Source: Basidiobolus meristosporus CBS 931.73 (taxonomy: Eukaryota > Fungi > Basidiobolomycota). Taken from it: DNA of 64,000 nucleotides. Below, in pieces: positions 11,901 to 23,950 of this stretch. The translations under genes and the position numbers were made by a program. The stretch spans positions 131,200-195,199 of the forward strand of contig MCFE01000058.1 of assembly GCA_002104905.1 (NCBI GenBank). Reading direction: 5' to 3'. Each line of letters starts with the position of its first letter. Position 1 is the first letter of the stretch. The notes under the pieces are model-generated. The model had not been told where the DNA came from. It saw only the letters and a list, made by a program, of their open reading frames with translations, and did no database searches.

Positions 11901-13623
11901 GTGCTTCAAATTAGCTGGGGGATCAATTTTCACTCCAGAATTAGCTGTTCTTTGATCATTTTGTGCAAATAATCAAAATTGATGTGCCCAAATCTCCTGT
12001 GCCAAAGCATTGGTGTTTCTTCATTTAAGTTACTTATATTGGCTTCCAGATATGATGGAATATAAGTCAACTTGTATAGATTCTGATCTCTAATGCCCAA
12101 AGCAATACGGGCACCATTTTGATCAGTGATCCTGTATCCAGAATTGTCAAAGCTGAAACTGAGTCCTTCTGCTGTGGCCTTGCTTACAGAGAGTAGGTTC
12201 TTGGCTATTTCTGGTACATAGAGTACTTCTTTAAAGATCAGTGTATGACTTCCTTCACTGCTTCTTAGGTTTACTTGGATAGTTCCTTCTCCCACTGCAT
12301 CAAGTGTTCTATTGTCACCCATGAAAACCTTCTTAATTGGAAGATTTTGATATTGGGTAAGAAGTTCTTTTTGGTGTGTAAAGTGTTGAGAAGCTCCAGA
12401 GTCAATATACCACGTCTGAGAATCCTTGTTTGTGGTCATATTTAGTGCAGATATGAATAGTCTATTTTCAGTTGTTGCAGCATTTCCATATTCAGGCTTC
12501 TTTTGCTGATTATCTTTCTTTTTGAGACACCGGTCTGATGTTTGTCCTTTCCATTTGCAGTAGTTACAAAACAGGTTGCTGTTGCCTTTGTTGGGTTTTG
12601 GGTACCTCCTTTGTTGGTTATCATTGCTTATTAAAGCATTTTCTTCTTCCTTCTTATTGGCGCTTGTTTTTCTTAATTCTTCATCTAGGAGCCTTCCATA
12701 TACATAATTTAAGGTCAAAACTTCAGTTCTGGACTCTAGGGCTGATACAAGACCCTGAAACCTGTCTGTTAGGCTATTCAGGATGGTAACTATCACATCC
12801 TCATCAGTAGTTTGTACGCCTACAGATTCCATATCATCTACCAGCAGGGTAATTCTGTTAATTAGATTTTTCATTTCTTCTCCTGGCAGCATCTTTGTAG
12901 TAAAGAATTTTTGTCTGAGATACATCTTCTTGGCAGCTGAACATGACTGGTAGGTGTCTTCTAATGCTTTCCAGGCATTCTCTGCAGTTTTTGCTCTTGA
13001 GCATTGAATTAGCAATTTGTCCTTGACATTAAGGCAAATGCAGTTAAAGGCACTTTGTTCTTTCTTCTGGTACTTTAAGGCTTCCTCTCCCACGTTTTTA
13101 GGAGGGCAATCTTCTCCCATGACAATATCCCAAAGGCCTCTTTCTTGTAGCAGCTTCTTCATCTTCACCTTCCACATTTGGTAGTTTGATCCATCCAACT
13201 TTTCAGCATAGGGAAAAATTCCAGTAATAGCAGTAGTAGACATTGCAGAGAGTGAGAGCTTGGGGCTCATAACCTGCTGTAAGAGTCTTGGAGATATTGG
13301 AAGTGATTGGGAGAACAAGTAGATTATGTGGTTTTCACTTAATGATTTATTGAATGTAAAAGTGGTATTTATACTTTTACCTGGTCTTGGCATTACAAAC
13401 ATGTAGAATAGGTCAAGGAAGGTCCCAAGAACATGTGTGCATAGTTTGGGGCTGTTTGGACAACTTTGAGAATTTTCATGTTCTGGGTACCTGGTTTTTT
13501 GGTGAAAATATTCTAAGTAAATCCCAACAAGGAATTTGGTCAGTATTCTCTAGGATTTGAAGGTAATGATCTAAGTGACTAAGTTAGGTGATTATTTAGG
13601 TGGAATTATAAATTTTTACAACA
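8943..13623 (-). mobile_element. Full-length Ty1/copia LTR retrotransposon (gag-PR-IN-RT-RNaseH) with a few stops/frameshifts
   Basis: LTRs 13275-13623 and 8943-9290 (about 15 substitutions plus 1 indel by eye, roughly 95% identical). 5-bp TSD AATTC at 8938-8942 and 13624-13628. PBS GGTTATGAGCCC 13274-13263; PPT next to 9291. Motifs YIDSGASQH, WHRRFGH, CEAC, DLCGPM, FIDDYTR, KARLVAKG, QMDVKTAF, HVDD, HIDIRHHFI. Confidence 0.95.
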
Positions 13624-13714
13624 AATTCAGCAATCACATTAGTTTTCATATATATTTCATATAAGAACAGGTTTATGCCAATACACCACTGTATAAGTAT
13701 CCAAATCTGTCATT

Positions 13715-14961
13715 ATAGTCCTTATACCAAGTCTGAACTCATCTTTAGTTCAACCCAGACAAAACCCATCCCCCTGCTCACAAGCATTGTCCGGACTGGA
13801 AAAAGCAATGTTGGAACTGTTTGAGTTCTTGCCAAATGATTTCAGTATGGCCCAAGTGTCTATGATGAGCCTTTATACAGATATTTGAGCACTGCCCATT
13901 TATCTAGCAGAACTAGGTACCTCAGAGAGTTGACAGAGATGGAAGAACCTGAGTAAAAAGCTGTGGCATGAGTTCTACATCAAGATGCCAGCAGATGTAT
14001 GTAAGAAGATATATAACAAGACAAGTATTGGAATCAAGAATGAGCTGAGAGTGAGGGGATTTGATGAGGAAGCCATGCGGGAACAATTTTGCATGCAATT
14101 TGCACAGTACGGGCTGGACATGTCTGTTTATGCCTCAACTTTGGGAACCAAAGAGATTTTGAATGAGTTATTGCCTCAAATGACCAATGTGTTACATGAT
14201 ATATTAGTAGAGCTAAGTGGCTTCCAACAGCAATAAACACAGGACTCATCCAGGTAACAGTTGCAAAGTATTAGGCAGAGGGTAAGTGAATACCTTGAGG
14301 AATCAGAAGGTGAGCTACAAGAGGAGGAATACAGACCACAAGCAACATTATCTAGATTGCACCAGCATGCCTTGCTGGATTCCTTACCATCCCTTGCAAC
14401 TTCAGCGCACCAGCGCATGTCAGTCCAAACTACACCAACACCCTTCACAAGAGCACCCCACATTGACTCAACATGTATTGGGTCAATGCGCACGCTTTGG
14501 AGCAGAACCACCAGAACCCACCAAACTGCTCAAAAAGACACAAGTCTTTGGAACAGGCCAAGTTGCATCAACAAGCAGCATCACATCAAACTCAGCCAAG
14601 GGTCATGCCAGCGCATCAAGTTGCGTCTGCACGTGCCCTTACACTTGACCATCAGCAAGTTTCTTCTGGTGGACTGACGGATGATGACCCACAGGAAGTG
14701 CCTCCACCACCAGAGCCTTAGGCAAGTAAAAGAACGTGCCACCGTGTAGCACTGCAGGCCGGCTTAGTTGCATCATCTGGAGCAATTCAGCATGGCCAAG
14801 CTGCAGCATTGCACTCATCAACTAGGAGGCAAAATACTGACTACAAATACACAAGTAGCCAAGAGGATAGTCAACAAGAAAGTAGTTTAGGTGTGCAAAG
14901 TGAATCATTACCAAAGGCTTCAGTAGTAATCCCTGTGAGAAAAAAGCCTAGGAGAAGATGA
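13715..14961 (+). pseudogene. Degenerate copy of the accessory ORF 48-1298
   Basis: Collinear with 48-1298; start ATG changed to ATA, internal stops (e.g. TAA at 14234-14236), many CG to TG/CA changes. Confidence 0.85.
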
Positions 14962-15685
14962 TGCAATTACATTGAATTGCTATTATTTGTAAAGATCCAA
15001 ACAATGCATTTTTTTTTGCAATCCGCATCAAGCCATTGCAAATCAGTGATCACTAAATTTTTGATATGAGCAATATCAAGGTTGTCTCAAATTTGAGACA
15101 GGACCCCTATAAATAAACACCCTGCATATGTATACATCATCTGTGGCACCAGTGCAGCCATTTGATCTGATTTGCACCCATTCAATTGATTGCATGCTAG
15201 CTATGACACCTTGTCCAATCACTATGATCAGGGATTCACTTGCTTAATGGGCAAAATGGGATATTTGAAGGCAAATTAGGTAGCTTGTGTATTGGTCAAA
15301 GAGCCAATTGGGGGCTGAAAGCTTCTGGATACTTTTGGACCAATTAACCACTGAGATACCATCCAATTGGAGTGATGGTAACCAAAATGGTAAGTATCAG
15401 TGTTGTTTATAGTGTGATATGCATTTATTTCCATTTACATTAAAGAAACATATCCAATTACTGGATTTTATCTACCATAATAGCAGTATCCAATTGCGCA
15501 TGTGATGCAAACATTACAAGTGGGCACAATCATTTGTGCCAACCTCATTGTGCAAGATTGTCCCACATGGTGCAAAATTGTCCAAGAGCAATCCTGCCTA
15601 CTGGTAGCTACAATATTGCTCCCAATTGTTCTTAGAGACTGCCAATTGCACTGCATGCCCTGGCATGGTACAATGGAACAAGTCT

Positions 15686-16010
15686 AATTTTGCTATACTG
15701 ATGACCAAGTTATACATGGGGCATTTCAAGCTTAATGAGCCCATTGAGATACTGGCAAAATTTGAAAGAATTGGCAATACATTACAGAGTATCCACTATC
15801 CTCAGTACTTCTCACTGGCTCCAATGAATATTCATATGCATACGCAACAATACAAATGCAAAGATGGGATGAGCTGGATATGAATTTATTCAAGTGATTT
15901 TCTGAAGCCATTCCTACCAAGAGTATATTGGTAGCATTGGGAGTCATATGTGGACACTGTATGAATATTTATTAAGAGGATCACCAATGCCAACTTGATA
16001 TATCTACAGC
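15686..16010 (+). pseudogene. CACTA transposase, continuation after the Harbinger-like insertion
   Basis: Translation NFAILMTKLYMGHF...IGNTLQSIHYPQYFSLAPMNIHMH..QYKCKDGMSWI*IYSSDFLKPFLP..YW*HWESYV continues the family pattern that follows MHLLF (F.R.P..I..H...YKA.EW..W / LP..YY.HW..FV). Confidence 0.7.
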
Positions 16011-19000
16011 ACAATAAGAAGGAAGAAGCAAATGCTTTAATAAGCAATGATAACCAATAAAGGAGGTACCCAAGACCTTACAAAGGCAACAGCAATCTGT
16101 TTTGCAACTACTGCAAAAAGAAAGGACACACATTAGGCTGGTGTCTCAAAAAGAGAGATAATCAGCAAAAGAAGCCCAAATATGGAAATGCTGCAGCAAC
16201 TGAAGATAGACTATTCATATCTGCACTAAATATGACCACAAACAAGGATTCTCAGATGTGGTATATTGACTATGGAGCTTCTTTACACTTAACACACCAA
16301 AAAGAACTTTTTACCCAATATCAAGAAATTCAATCAAGAAGGTTTTCATGGGTGACAATAGAACACTTGATGCAGTGGGAGAAGGAACTATCCAAGTAAA
16401 CCTTAGAAGCAGTGAAGGAAGCCATACACTGAGCTTTAAAGAAGTACTCTATGCAACAGAAATAGCCCAGAACCTACTATCTGTAAGCAAGGCCACTGCA
16501 GAAGGACTTAATTTGAGCTTTGACAATTCTGGATGCAAGATCACTGTTCAAAATGGTGCCCATATTGCTTTGGGTATCAGAGACCAGAATCTATACATGT
16601 TGACTTATACTCCATCATATTTGGAAGCCAATGTAAGTAACTTAAATGACAAAACACCAATTCTTTGGCACAGCAGATTTGGGCACATCAATTTTGATTA
16701 TTTGTGCAAAATGATCAAAGATCAGCTAATTTTTGAAGTAAAGATTGATCCCCCTGCTAGTTTGGAGCACTATGAAGCCTGCATATATGGGAAACATGCC
16801 AGATAACCATTCAAGAGCTCTGGGTTAATCAAAACTAAGAAGAAATTAGATCTAACTCACTCAGATCTCTGTGGGCCTATGCAAAATGTATCCTCAGGTG
16901 GGATGAAGTATTTAATCATTTTATTGATAATTATACAAGATACACCTGAGTCTACTTCATGGAGAGAAAGGATGGCAGAGAGAGAAGCCAGTTAAAAAAT
17001 CAAGAAAATACACTCTGACAATGGTGGAGTATATACCTCAAAACTCTTCACCCACTTCTGCAAGATTCATGGGATAAAGCAAGAAACTACTGTACCATAC
17101 TCCCCACAGCAAAATGAAGTAGTGGAACATGCAAGCAGATCAACAATTGATGTGGCAAGATCTATGATCCATGATCAAAAATTATTCTACAATTTTTGAG
17201 TGGAATCAGTTGCCACAGCTGTATACCTTAAAAATAGGAGCTATACCAGAATTCTTTGTGTTTCTTCTCCATTGGAAGCATGGTATAGATACAGACCAAA
17301 TGCTGAACATCTAAGAATATTTGGGTGTACAGCAAATGCCAAGAAACCGCCTGGAAATTAGTCAAAATTTGAGCCAAAAAGTGTAAAATGCATATTTTTG
17401 AGTTACTGCAATGAGAGTAAAGCATACAGACTATACAATACCAAAGAAAAGAAGCTAATCAAGTCCAGGGATGTGCTGTTTGATGAAAACTCAAAATTGT
17501 CACAAAAGATGACATCAGACGATGACAAAAATCTGATCTCAAGTCCATCAATTGTTAGAATTGAATCAGAGCAAAACAATGAAACTGTTTTCACTCCAGA
17601 GGACTCTACAACCATGGTTCATTCTGAAGCAGTGCCCAGGAATATCCCAGAAGTGATCATTCCAGTATCAAATGCCCAGAGATCCAATTGGACAAGGAAT
17701 AGTCCAAATTACTATATCAATGAGGGTACAAACTTAGCCTATGCCTATTCAGTCCATATTGATGAACCCCAGACTGTAAAAGTGGCCCTAAATAGCCCTC
17801 AGACAAAGTTTTGGAGAAATGCAATGACTGAAGAATATCAGGCCTTGATGGAAAATCAAACTTGGGACTTGGTCAAATTACCAATCAGCCAAAAATCAAT
17901 TGGATGCAGGTGGGTCTTCAAGACTAAAGACAAGGCTGATGATACAATTGAAAGATACAAAGCAAGACTTGTGACCAAAGGATACTCTCAAATAATAGGA
18001 CTTGACTATACTGAGACCTTTGCACCGGTAGCCTAGTTTAATTTCATCAGATTAATAGTGGCTATTGCAGCCAAATATAAGTTTTCTATTCATCAAATGG
18101 ATGTAAAAACTGCATTTTTGAATGGAGAACTTGATGAGGATGTATATATAGACTAGCCTGATGGGCTTGCTGACCAAGACAACCCCCATTTGGTCTGCAA
18201 GCTTAGAAATTCTCTATAGGGTCTTAAACAATCACCAAGAGCCTGGAATTGCAAGATAGATCCTTATTTGGAATCTCTGAGTTTCCAATGGAGTATTGCT
18301 GACTATAGTATATGCTATAAGCCAGATAGAGCAAGTCCAGCTCTATTAGCTCTATATATGGATGATCTTATTATTGCCACCAATAACCTAGCAACATTGG
18401 AAGAGACTAAATCCTGCCTATCTAAGGAGTTCAAGATGTTCAATCTAGGAGAACTCAGTGACTACTTAAGGATTAAATTCTCCATAGATGGAAGTACCAA
18501 GACTATTACCCTAAGCCAATCCAAGTATATTCAAGATATACTAAAGAAGCACCAGATGGAAGACTGTATACCAGCAGCTACCCCAATGGAGACAAACCTT
18601 AAATTGGTCAAAACTCAACCAAATCAATAGAGCTTGGCACCATCTGAAAGCCCTGACTTTCCTTATCAATATATGGTAGGCAGTTGCATGTATAGCATGC
18701 TTGGAACACGTCCAGATATCTCATATTCAGTGGGAGTTGTCAGCCAACATAATCAGAACTATGGATCTGATTGTATTGCAGCAGTTAGGTGGATTTTTAG
18801 ATACCTAAAAGGAACTGCTGATATCTGCTTAAGACACACTTATAGGGGCTCAGAACAGGATTTTTTGGGATACTCTGATGCTGATTGGGGACAAAATTTT
18901 GAAGACAGAAAATCCACCACAGGATATCCTTTTCTTTACTGTAAAGGAGCAATTTCATAGAATTCAAGAAAGTAACCAACCATAGCACTTCTACCACAGA

Positions 19001-19676
19001 GGCAGAGTATATGGCAGCCTGGAAGCTACAAAAGAAGCAATGTGGTTAAGAAAACCTTTCACAGATTTAGGCCCATGTTAAAAAACACCTATTACTTTAT
19101 TTCAAGAAAATCAAGGATGTATACATTTAGATAGAAATCCAACTTTTCATGCTAGAACTAAGTACATAGATATTAGACATCATTTCATACATGAAGCTAT
19201 AGAGAATAACTTAGTTAGCTTAGCTTACTGTCTTTCAGATGAAATGATTGCAGACATGTTTACTAAACCATTAGCTAGAGACAAGTTTGAATATCTTGGG
19301 TCAAAATTAGGACTAGTCAGTATGAACATTTAGCTGAGTGGGAGTGTTGTAAAAGTTTGTATTTCCACCTAAATATTCACCTAACTTAGTCACTTAGATC
19401 ATTACCTTCAAATCCTAGAGAATACTGACCAAATTCCTTGTCAGGATTAACTTGGAATATTTACCCAGAACATGAAAATTCTCAAAGTTGTCCAAACAGC
19501 CCCAAACTTTGTACACATGCTCTTGGGACCTTCCTTAACCTATTCTACGTGTTTGTTATGCCAAGACCATGTAAAAGTATAAATACTACTTTTACATTCA
19601 ATAAATCATTAAGTGAAATCCACAAAATCTACTTGTCCTCCCAAATCACTTCCAATATCTCCAAGACTTCACAACA
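16010..19676 (+). mobile_element. 5'-truncated, degenerate Ty1/copia (late gag to RNase H, PPT, 3' LTR 19345-19676)
   Basis: Same family as 8943-13623 in opposite orientation; multiple stops; PPT AGCTGAGTGGGAG before TGTTGTAA. Confidence 0.9.
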
Positions 19677-19766
19677 CATACAATGTCTTCAGCATTTTTT
19701 GCCTGGGCCGTTATCTTATCAGGTATTGGGCCTATGCTGTTTTGATTTTGTACCAGATTTCTTTGG

Positions 19767-20110
19767 TGTTGTATGAGTTTGGGAGGTACCAGAAATGATT
19801 GGGAGAGCAAGTAGACTAGACGGCTTTCACCTGATGATTCATTGAATGGCAAAGGGGTATTTGTACTTTAAAATGCTCTTGGGAAATATGAATGGGGAGT
19901 ATGCTTAGGAAGATCCCAGGAGGATGGGTGCAAAGCTTGGGGGCCTTTGGACGACTTTGGGGATTTCGATGTTCTGGGTACCCGATATTTTGGTAAATAT
20001 TTCAGGTGAATCCCGATCAAAGCTGGGGCAAGAGATTATGAGATTTATTGGATCCACATGAAGTCACAAAGTTGATGGATTATTTGGCTTTGATTACAAA
20101 ATCTACGACA
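19767..20110 (-). mobile_element. Diverged solo LTR related to the copia family
   Basis: TGTTGT...TACGACA termini, 344 bp, internal blocks (GATTGGGAGAGCAAGTAG, ATGTTCTGGGTACC) match the family LTR; no TSD seen. Confidence 0.6.
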
Positions 20111-20847
20111 ACTTTCACCAAGATGTCTGGAGCTTCAACGATCTTGGAGTAGTCCAATAGCCTTCAAGCTCTGCACACGTGTAGCTGGGACCTTGCTGAG
20201 CGTACCCCTGGCAGGGGGTGACTAGGAGGTTAGGACTAGGGCCATTTCCGACGGGAGGGATCGGCGTGGGATGCTTGGTGACGACGAGATTGCGAGATTT
20301 CGGGCAGAGGACGGCTTTTCATGCCGGGGGCAGTGGCGTGGCGAGTTCTCCAAGACGCATCCGGAAGGGATGGATGCAGCAGGGACGTGAGCACGACCAC
20401 GGCCGTGACCGGGATCGGGATCGGGCTTGTTATTATGACCTCCTAACATCCCACCGGATGGACCTCGGCTGGAATACAGTGATGCAACGCAACGTTCCCT
20501 GAATACCAGCCGCCATACGGCATGGGAACCCTGTCGTGGTGGCTCCCGCATACCATGGCTCTCCACCCAGGATCACCTCGCGACATGTATGCGCGGTACG
20601 AATCGTTCCGTCGAAACGGAATCGGTTGCACCCGGTTGCATACCAGCCAAGGGGGTTGCCGACTGATCTGGTAACCGGATGTCGACCAGTAAGGCCCCCA
20701 TCCGTGATGCGGGTGTTACCCGGAGGTGGTCGAAAAGAAAGGCAAGGAGGGGATCCGGAAGTAAGGGGGAAACTGGTTTATTGATGGATTGTATGGGTCA
20801 GAGGTATACCGACAGTAATCTAGGGTTGGTGGGATGAACGCCCACCC

Positions 20848-21211
20848 TTACAAGAGCGAGACGTAGACGATCACCTTGGGCAGGCACACGAACGCGCGGA
20901 CCCTCAGGAGCCCCTCGGCGTCGATCTTGGCGGTGATGGAGTTCTTGAGGATGTTGCATTGGTCGGACACCTGGCTGGCCGCCTGCTCGATGGCCGCGGG
21001 GACCGGGGCTCTGCTGTCCAAGCAGACGAAGGCGTCGACGGTGACCAACTCGCCGACCTTCAGGGGAGCCACCACGACGTCGCAGCTGAGTTTCCCCACA
21101 CCGCTCAAGGTGTCACCCAGATTGACATCGAGGGGCAGGGTAGGGCAGGGGGGCGGCGAGAACGGTCCCGATGAGGATGGCGAAGGTGACGAAGATGGCG
21201 GGGAATCTCAT
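20848..21211 (-). CDS. Small secreted Val/Leu-rich 4-Cys protein, copy B (apparent frameshift in G/C runs at 21138-21145)
   Basis: ATG at 21211 (MRFPAIFVTFAILIGTVLA). The last ~250 nt match copy A except one synonymous change. Adding one base to each of two GGG runs restores LPLPLPLDVNLGDTLSGVGK. TATATAA-like box at 21318-21324 (minus). Confidence 0.7.
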
Positions 21212-21679
21212 GGTGAAGGGTTGGTTTGGTCGAGTTGAGTTGGTTGGGTGTAGTCAGGTCAGGCCTGCGATTGGGCTGGATTGATTGGATGGTGAGAAGT
21301 GGAGATGGTGGAGCACCTTATATAATGGTTGCTAAATTGATGAACTGCCGCCCCCTGGATGCAACTTGATTGAACTTCGCATCTTGGAGGGCCTTGATCA
21401 GCTGCAGAAGGATCCCGTACGAGATGGTGGTGCGTGACATCCACGTACAATGGGCATCGAGGTGAATGGAGGCACGGCGATGTAGGGACACCAGAGAATG
21501 TAGAATGCCCCCCTTAAATCGGATCCATTTATGCGCAGCTAAATGCCGATGCATCCACCACCCTCGCCGTCGGTGTATAAATAGCGGTCGGGGATCGGTG
21601 GCCAACCATACAACCACATCAGCATCCTTCAGCAGCCCGTTCACCCTCACCTCGCAACCACCATCCAATCATCAGCAAC

Positions 21680-22039
21680 ATGAGATTCCTCACCGTCTTC
21701 GTCACCTTCGCCATCCTCATCGGGACCGTTCTCGCCGCCCCCCTGCCCCTCCCCCTCGAAGTCGACGTGGGTCGCACCTTGGGCAGCGTGGGGAAACTCA
21801 GCTGCGACGTCGTGGTGGCTCCCCTGAAGGTCGGCGAGTTGGTCACCGTCGACGCCTTCGTCTGCTTGGACAGCAGAGCCCCGGTCCCCGCGGCCATCGA
21901 GCAGGCGGCCAGCCAGGTGTCCGACCAATGCAACATCCTCAAGAACTCCATCACCGCCAAGATCGACGCCGAGGGGCTCCTGAGGGTCCGCGCGTTCGTG
22001 TGCCTGCCCAAGGTGATCGTCTACGTCTCGCTCCTGTAA
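21680..22039 (+). CDS. Small secreted Val/Leu-rich 4-Cys protein, copy A (119 aa)
   Basis: Hydrophobic signal peptide MRFLTVFVTFAILIGTVLA, strong GC3 codon bias, TATAAATA at 21576-21583, internal repeat ending AFVCL twice. Confidence 0.85.
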   Translation: MRFLTVFVTFAILIGTVLAAPLPLPLEVDVGRTLGSVGKLSCDVVVAPLKVGELVTVDAFVCLDSRAPVPAAIEQAASQVSDQCNILKNSITAKIDAEGLLRVRAFVCLPKVIVYVSLL

Positions 22040-22246
22040 GCTCGATCCCGGGCATGAGCGCGGAGCGGAGCATTCCAGCTACCCCCCTCCCCTCCCTTCA
22101 CCGTCACCACCCACTCACCCCTGTTACCCACCAAGTATACTGCATACCACACCAAGTAGAAGAATAAACATGGATCCACTGGGATTTATTATACGATGGT
22201 TCGATTGATTGATTGATGATGTGGGTTTCTACATGGATGAATTCCA

Positions 22247-23950
22247 TCACATCTGAAGGTTGATATCCTCCAGCAGTCGGCTCATCCACTCTCGGGTCTC
22301 CGGGGCATCTGGAAGGCCCATGGCCTTTCTCTTGTTCAGCACGCCGCCGCTCACGGAGCTCATGTAGACCGGGACGAAGTACTTGCTTCTGGAGAGGATC
22401 TCCTGATCCAGCAGGGCCAACCAATCCCCGAACGTGGCCAGGTGGGAGTACTGGGAGGCGAACTCCTGGTCGATGAGATCGTAGAGTCTCACCATCCCCT
22501 GGCTGTAGAGCTCCCCGAAGGCGTCCGGGGAGGTTTCGTCGGTGGCAAGGTAGAAGAGGTCAAGTTGCTGCTGGGATTTGAGGTGATCCACCAGCTGGAC
22601 CATGGAGTGCTTCCATTCGTTCAGGTTCGAGGTCTCCCCCACCCAGTTGTACCGGATGAAGTCCCCACGTCTCGAGTGGATTCCGATGAACTGGCCCAAG
22701 GGGGCTCGTTGGTGATTCTCGGTGGTGGGAACGCTCGTGGACACGGGGTAGATCCCCTTGGTGACCATCTTCCGCTCCAGGTTTCTGTACAGGTGCTCGG
22801 CGGCCTTGCGGACCCGGTACGGATAGCGAAGGAGATGCAACACGAAGTGGTCGTACGTCTCGCGATTCGCCTCGGTGGCGAACATGAAGGGCCGTCTGGG
22901 GAAGAAGTGGATGTAGCGTGCGGTGAAATGCAGGAACCTCTGGGGATACTTCTCCGTGCTGAACTCCTGTGCGAATCCGACCAGCTCGGGGACGGCGTCC
23001 AGGTCCACGGTATGGGTCTGGAACTCCCGGACGCTGTAGTTGGGCTCGTTCGGGTACTTGTAGAGCTCGATCTTGGTCTGGCCGTTCTGGCGAAGCTTCT
23101 CCGCCCTCTCCAGGATCGGGGTCAGGTCGTCGACCGAGTTTTCCTTGCCACAGACATCACCGATCTCACTGGTGGCCGCATACGATTGCTCCGGGAAGGC
23201 GACCTTGAAGTTATCGGCGCTGCCATCTTCAAAGGATATCCCCCGGTGATCCCGTAGATAAGCAATCGGATCCACAGCGTCCCATTGGCGGATCAGGTTG
23301 CTCTTATTGGCGGAGCCTTTGCTGGCCAGATCTTGATAGTAGAGTTGGAGCCGTAAGAAGTCCTGCATACGGATGAGTCTGGCCCCGCTGTTTCGCGTCA
23401 GATGGTTCATATCGATGAACTCTTCGATGGGAACGCTCCAACGATACTTTCCGTCCACCCCGTCGGGAGAGTCCATGATCTCGGAATCGTCCACTGGGTA
23501 CCCGATGATGTGGCAGTAGCCCTCGTGGATGCACGATCGACAATGAACCCTGTGTGGAAGCACCACGGTTCGGTTGATTAGGTTGCCGTAGTAGTACGCG
23601 TGCTCGATCATGTAGCGCACATTGTTGAAACCGAGAAAGCTAAGCCAGTTGTACAGGAAGTAGTTAGTATCTGGTGGGTATTGTTGGATGAGGGTTTCCA
23701 GGGGGATGTGTTGAAACTCGGTGGGTTCGTCCTCCTCTACAAAGGCTCCGATCAGGGACTTCACATCCACGCTGTGACCCCGGCCGGTCGAGGCCTGGGT
23801 CTGGTACGGGATGGTGGCCGATTGACGAATCTCGTGAGACTTCCACACCGTCAACAAAATGCAGCCTAGCAGACCGACTGCGCACAACAACTTTATCAGC
23901 CGATTAGGGTTGATCCTGTAGCACTGCCATTTCGCGGATTGTTTGCTCAT
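22247..23950 (-). CDS. O-fucosyltransferase-like GT-B glycosyltransferase, type II membrane protein (567 aa)
   Basis: N-terminal TM segment; GFNN.RY..EHA......NRTVVLP; GIHSRRGDF; FYLATDE; LDQEIL.RS.YF....SS.SG; single long ORF. Confidence 0.75.
   Translation of the reverse strand: MSKQSAKWQCYRINPNRLIKLLCAVGLLGCILLTVWKSHEIRQSATIPYQTQASTGRGHSVDVKSLIGAFVEEDEPTEFQHIPLETLIQQYPPDTNYFLYNWLSFLGFNNVRYMIEHAYYYGNLINRTVVLPHRVHCRSCIHEGYCHIIGYPVDDSEIMDSPDGVDGKYRWSVPIEEFIDMNHLTRNSGARLIRMQDFLRLQLYYQDLASKGSANKSNLIRQWDAVDPIAYLRDHRGISFEDGSADNFKVAFPEQSYAATSEIGDVCGKENSVDDLTPILERAEKLRQNGQTKIELYKYPNEPNYSVREFQTHTVDLDAVPELVGFAQEFSTEKYPQRFLHFTARYIHFFPRRPFMFATEANRETYDHFVLHLLRYPYRVRKAAEHLYRNLERKMVTKGIYPVSTSVPTTENHQRAPLGQFIGIHSRRGDFIRYNWVGETSNLNEWKHSMVQLVDHLKSQQQLDLFYLATDETSPDAFGELYSQGMVRLYDLIDQEFASQYSHLATFGDWLALLDQEILSRSKYFVPVYMSSVSGGVLNKRKAMGLPDAPETREWMSRLLEDINLQM

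Larger units (their letters stand above)
7613..15685. mobile_element. PIF/Harbinger-like (PHIS) TIR transposon, copy 2; about 3.4 kb once the nested copia is removed
   Basis: TIRs AGGCTTGTTCTGTTG (7613-7627) and reverse complement of 15671-15685 = AGACTTGTTCCATTG (12/15). Flanks CAT / AAT. Carries a DDE_Tnp_4-type transposase and a divergent accessory ORF. The CACTA reading frame resumes exactly after 15685. Confidence 0.8.

Noticed and set aside
1-20110. Classical RIP as the cause of repeat decay
   Set aside because: Changes seen by eye are at CpG rather than CpA, and near-identical duplicated host genes are untouched.
20111-20847. Overlapping short GC-rich ORFs (20218-20784)
   Set aside because: No motif, signal peptide or consistent codon bias; left unannotated.
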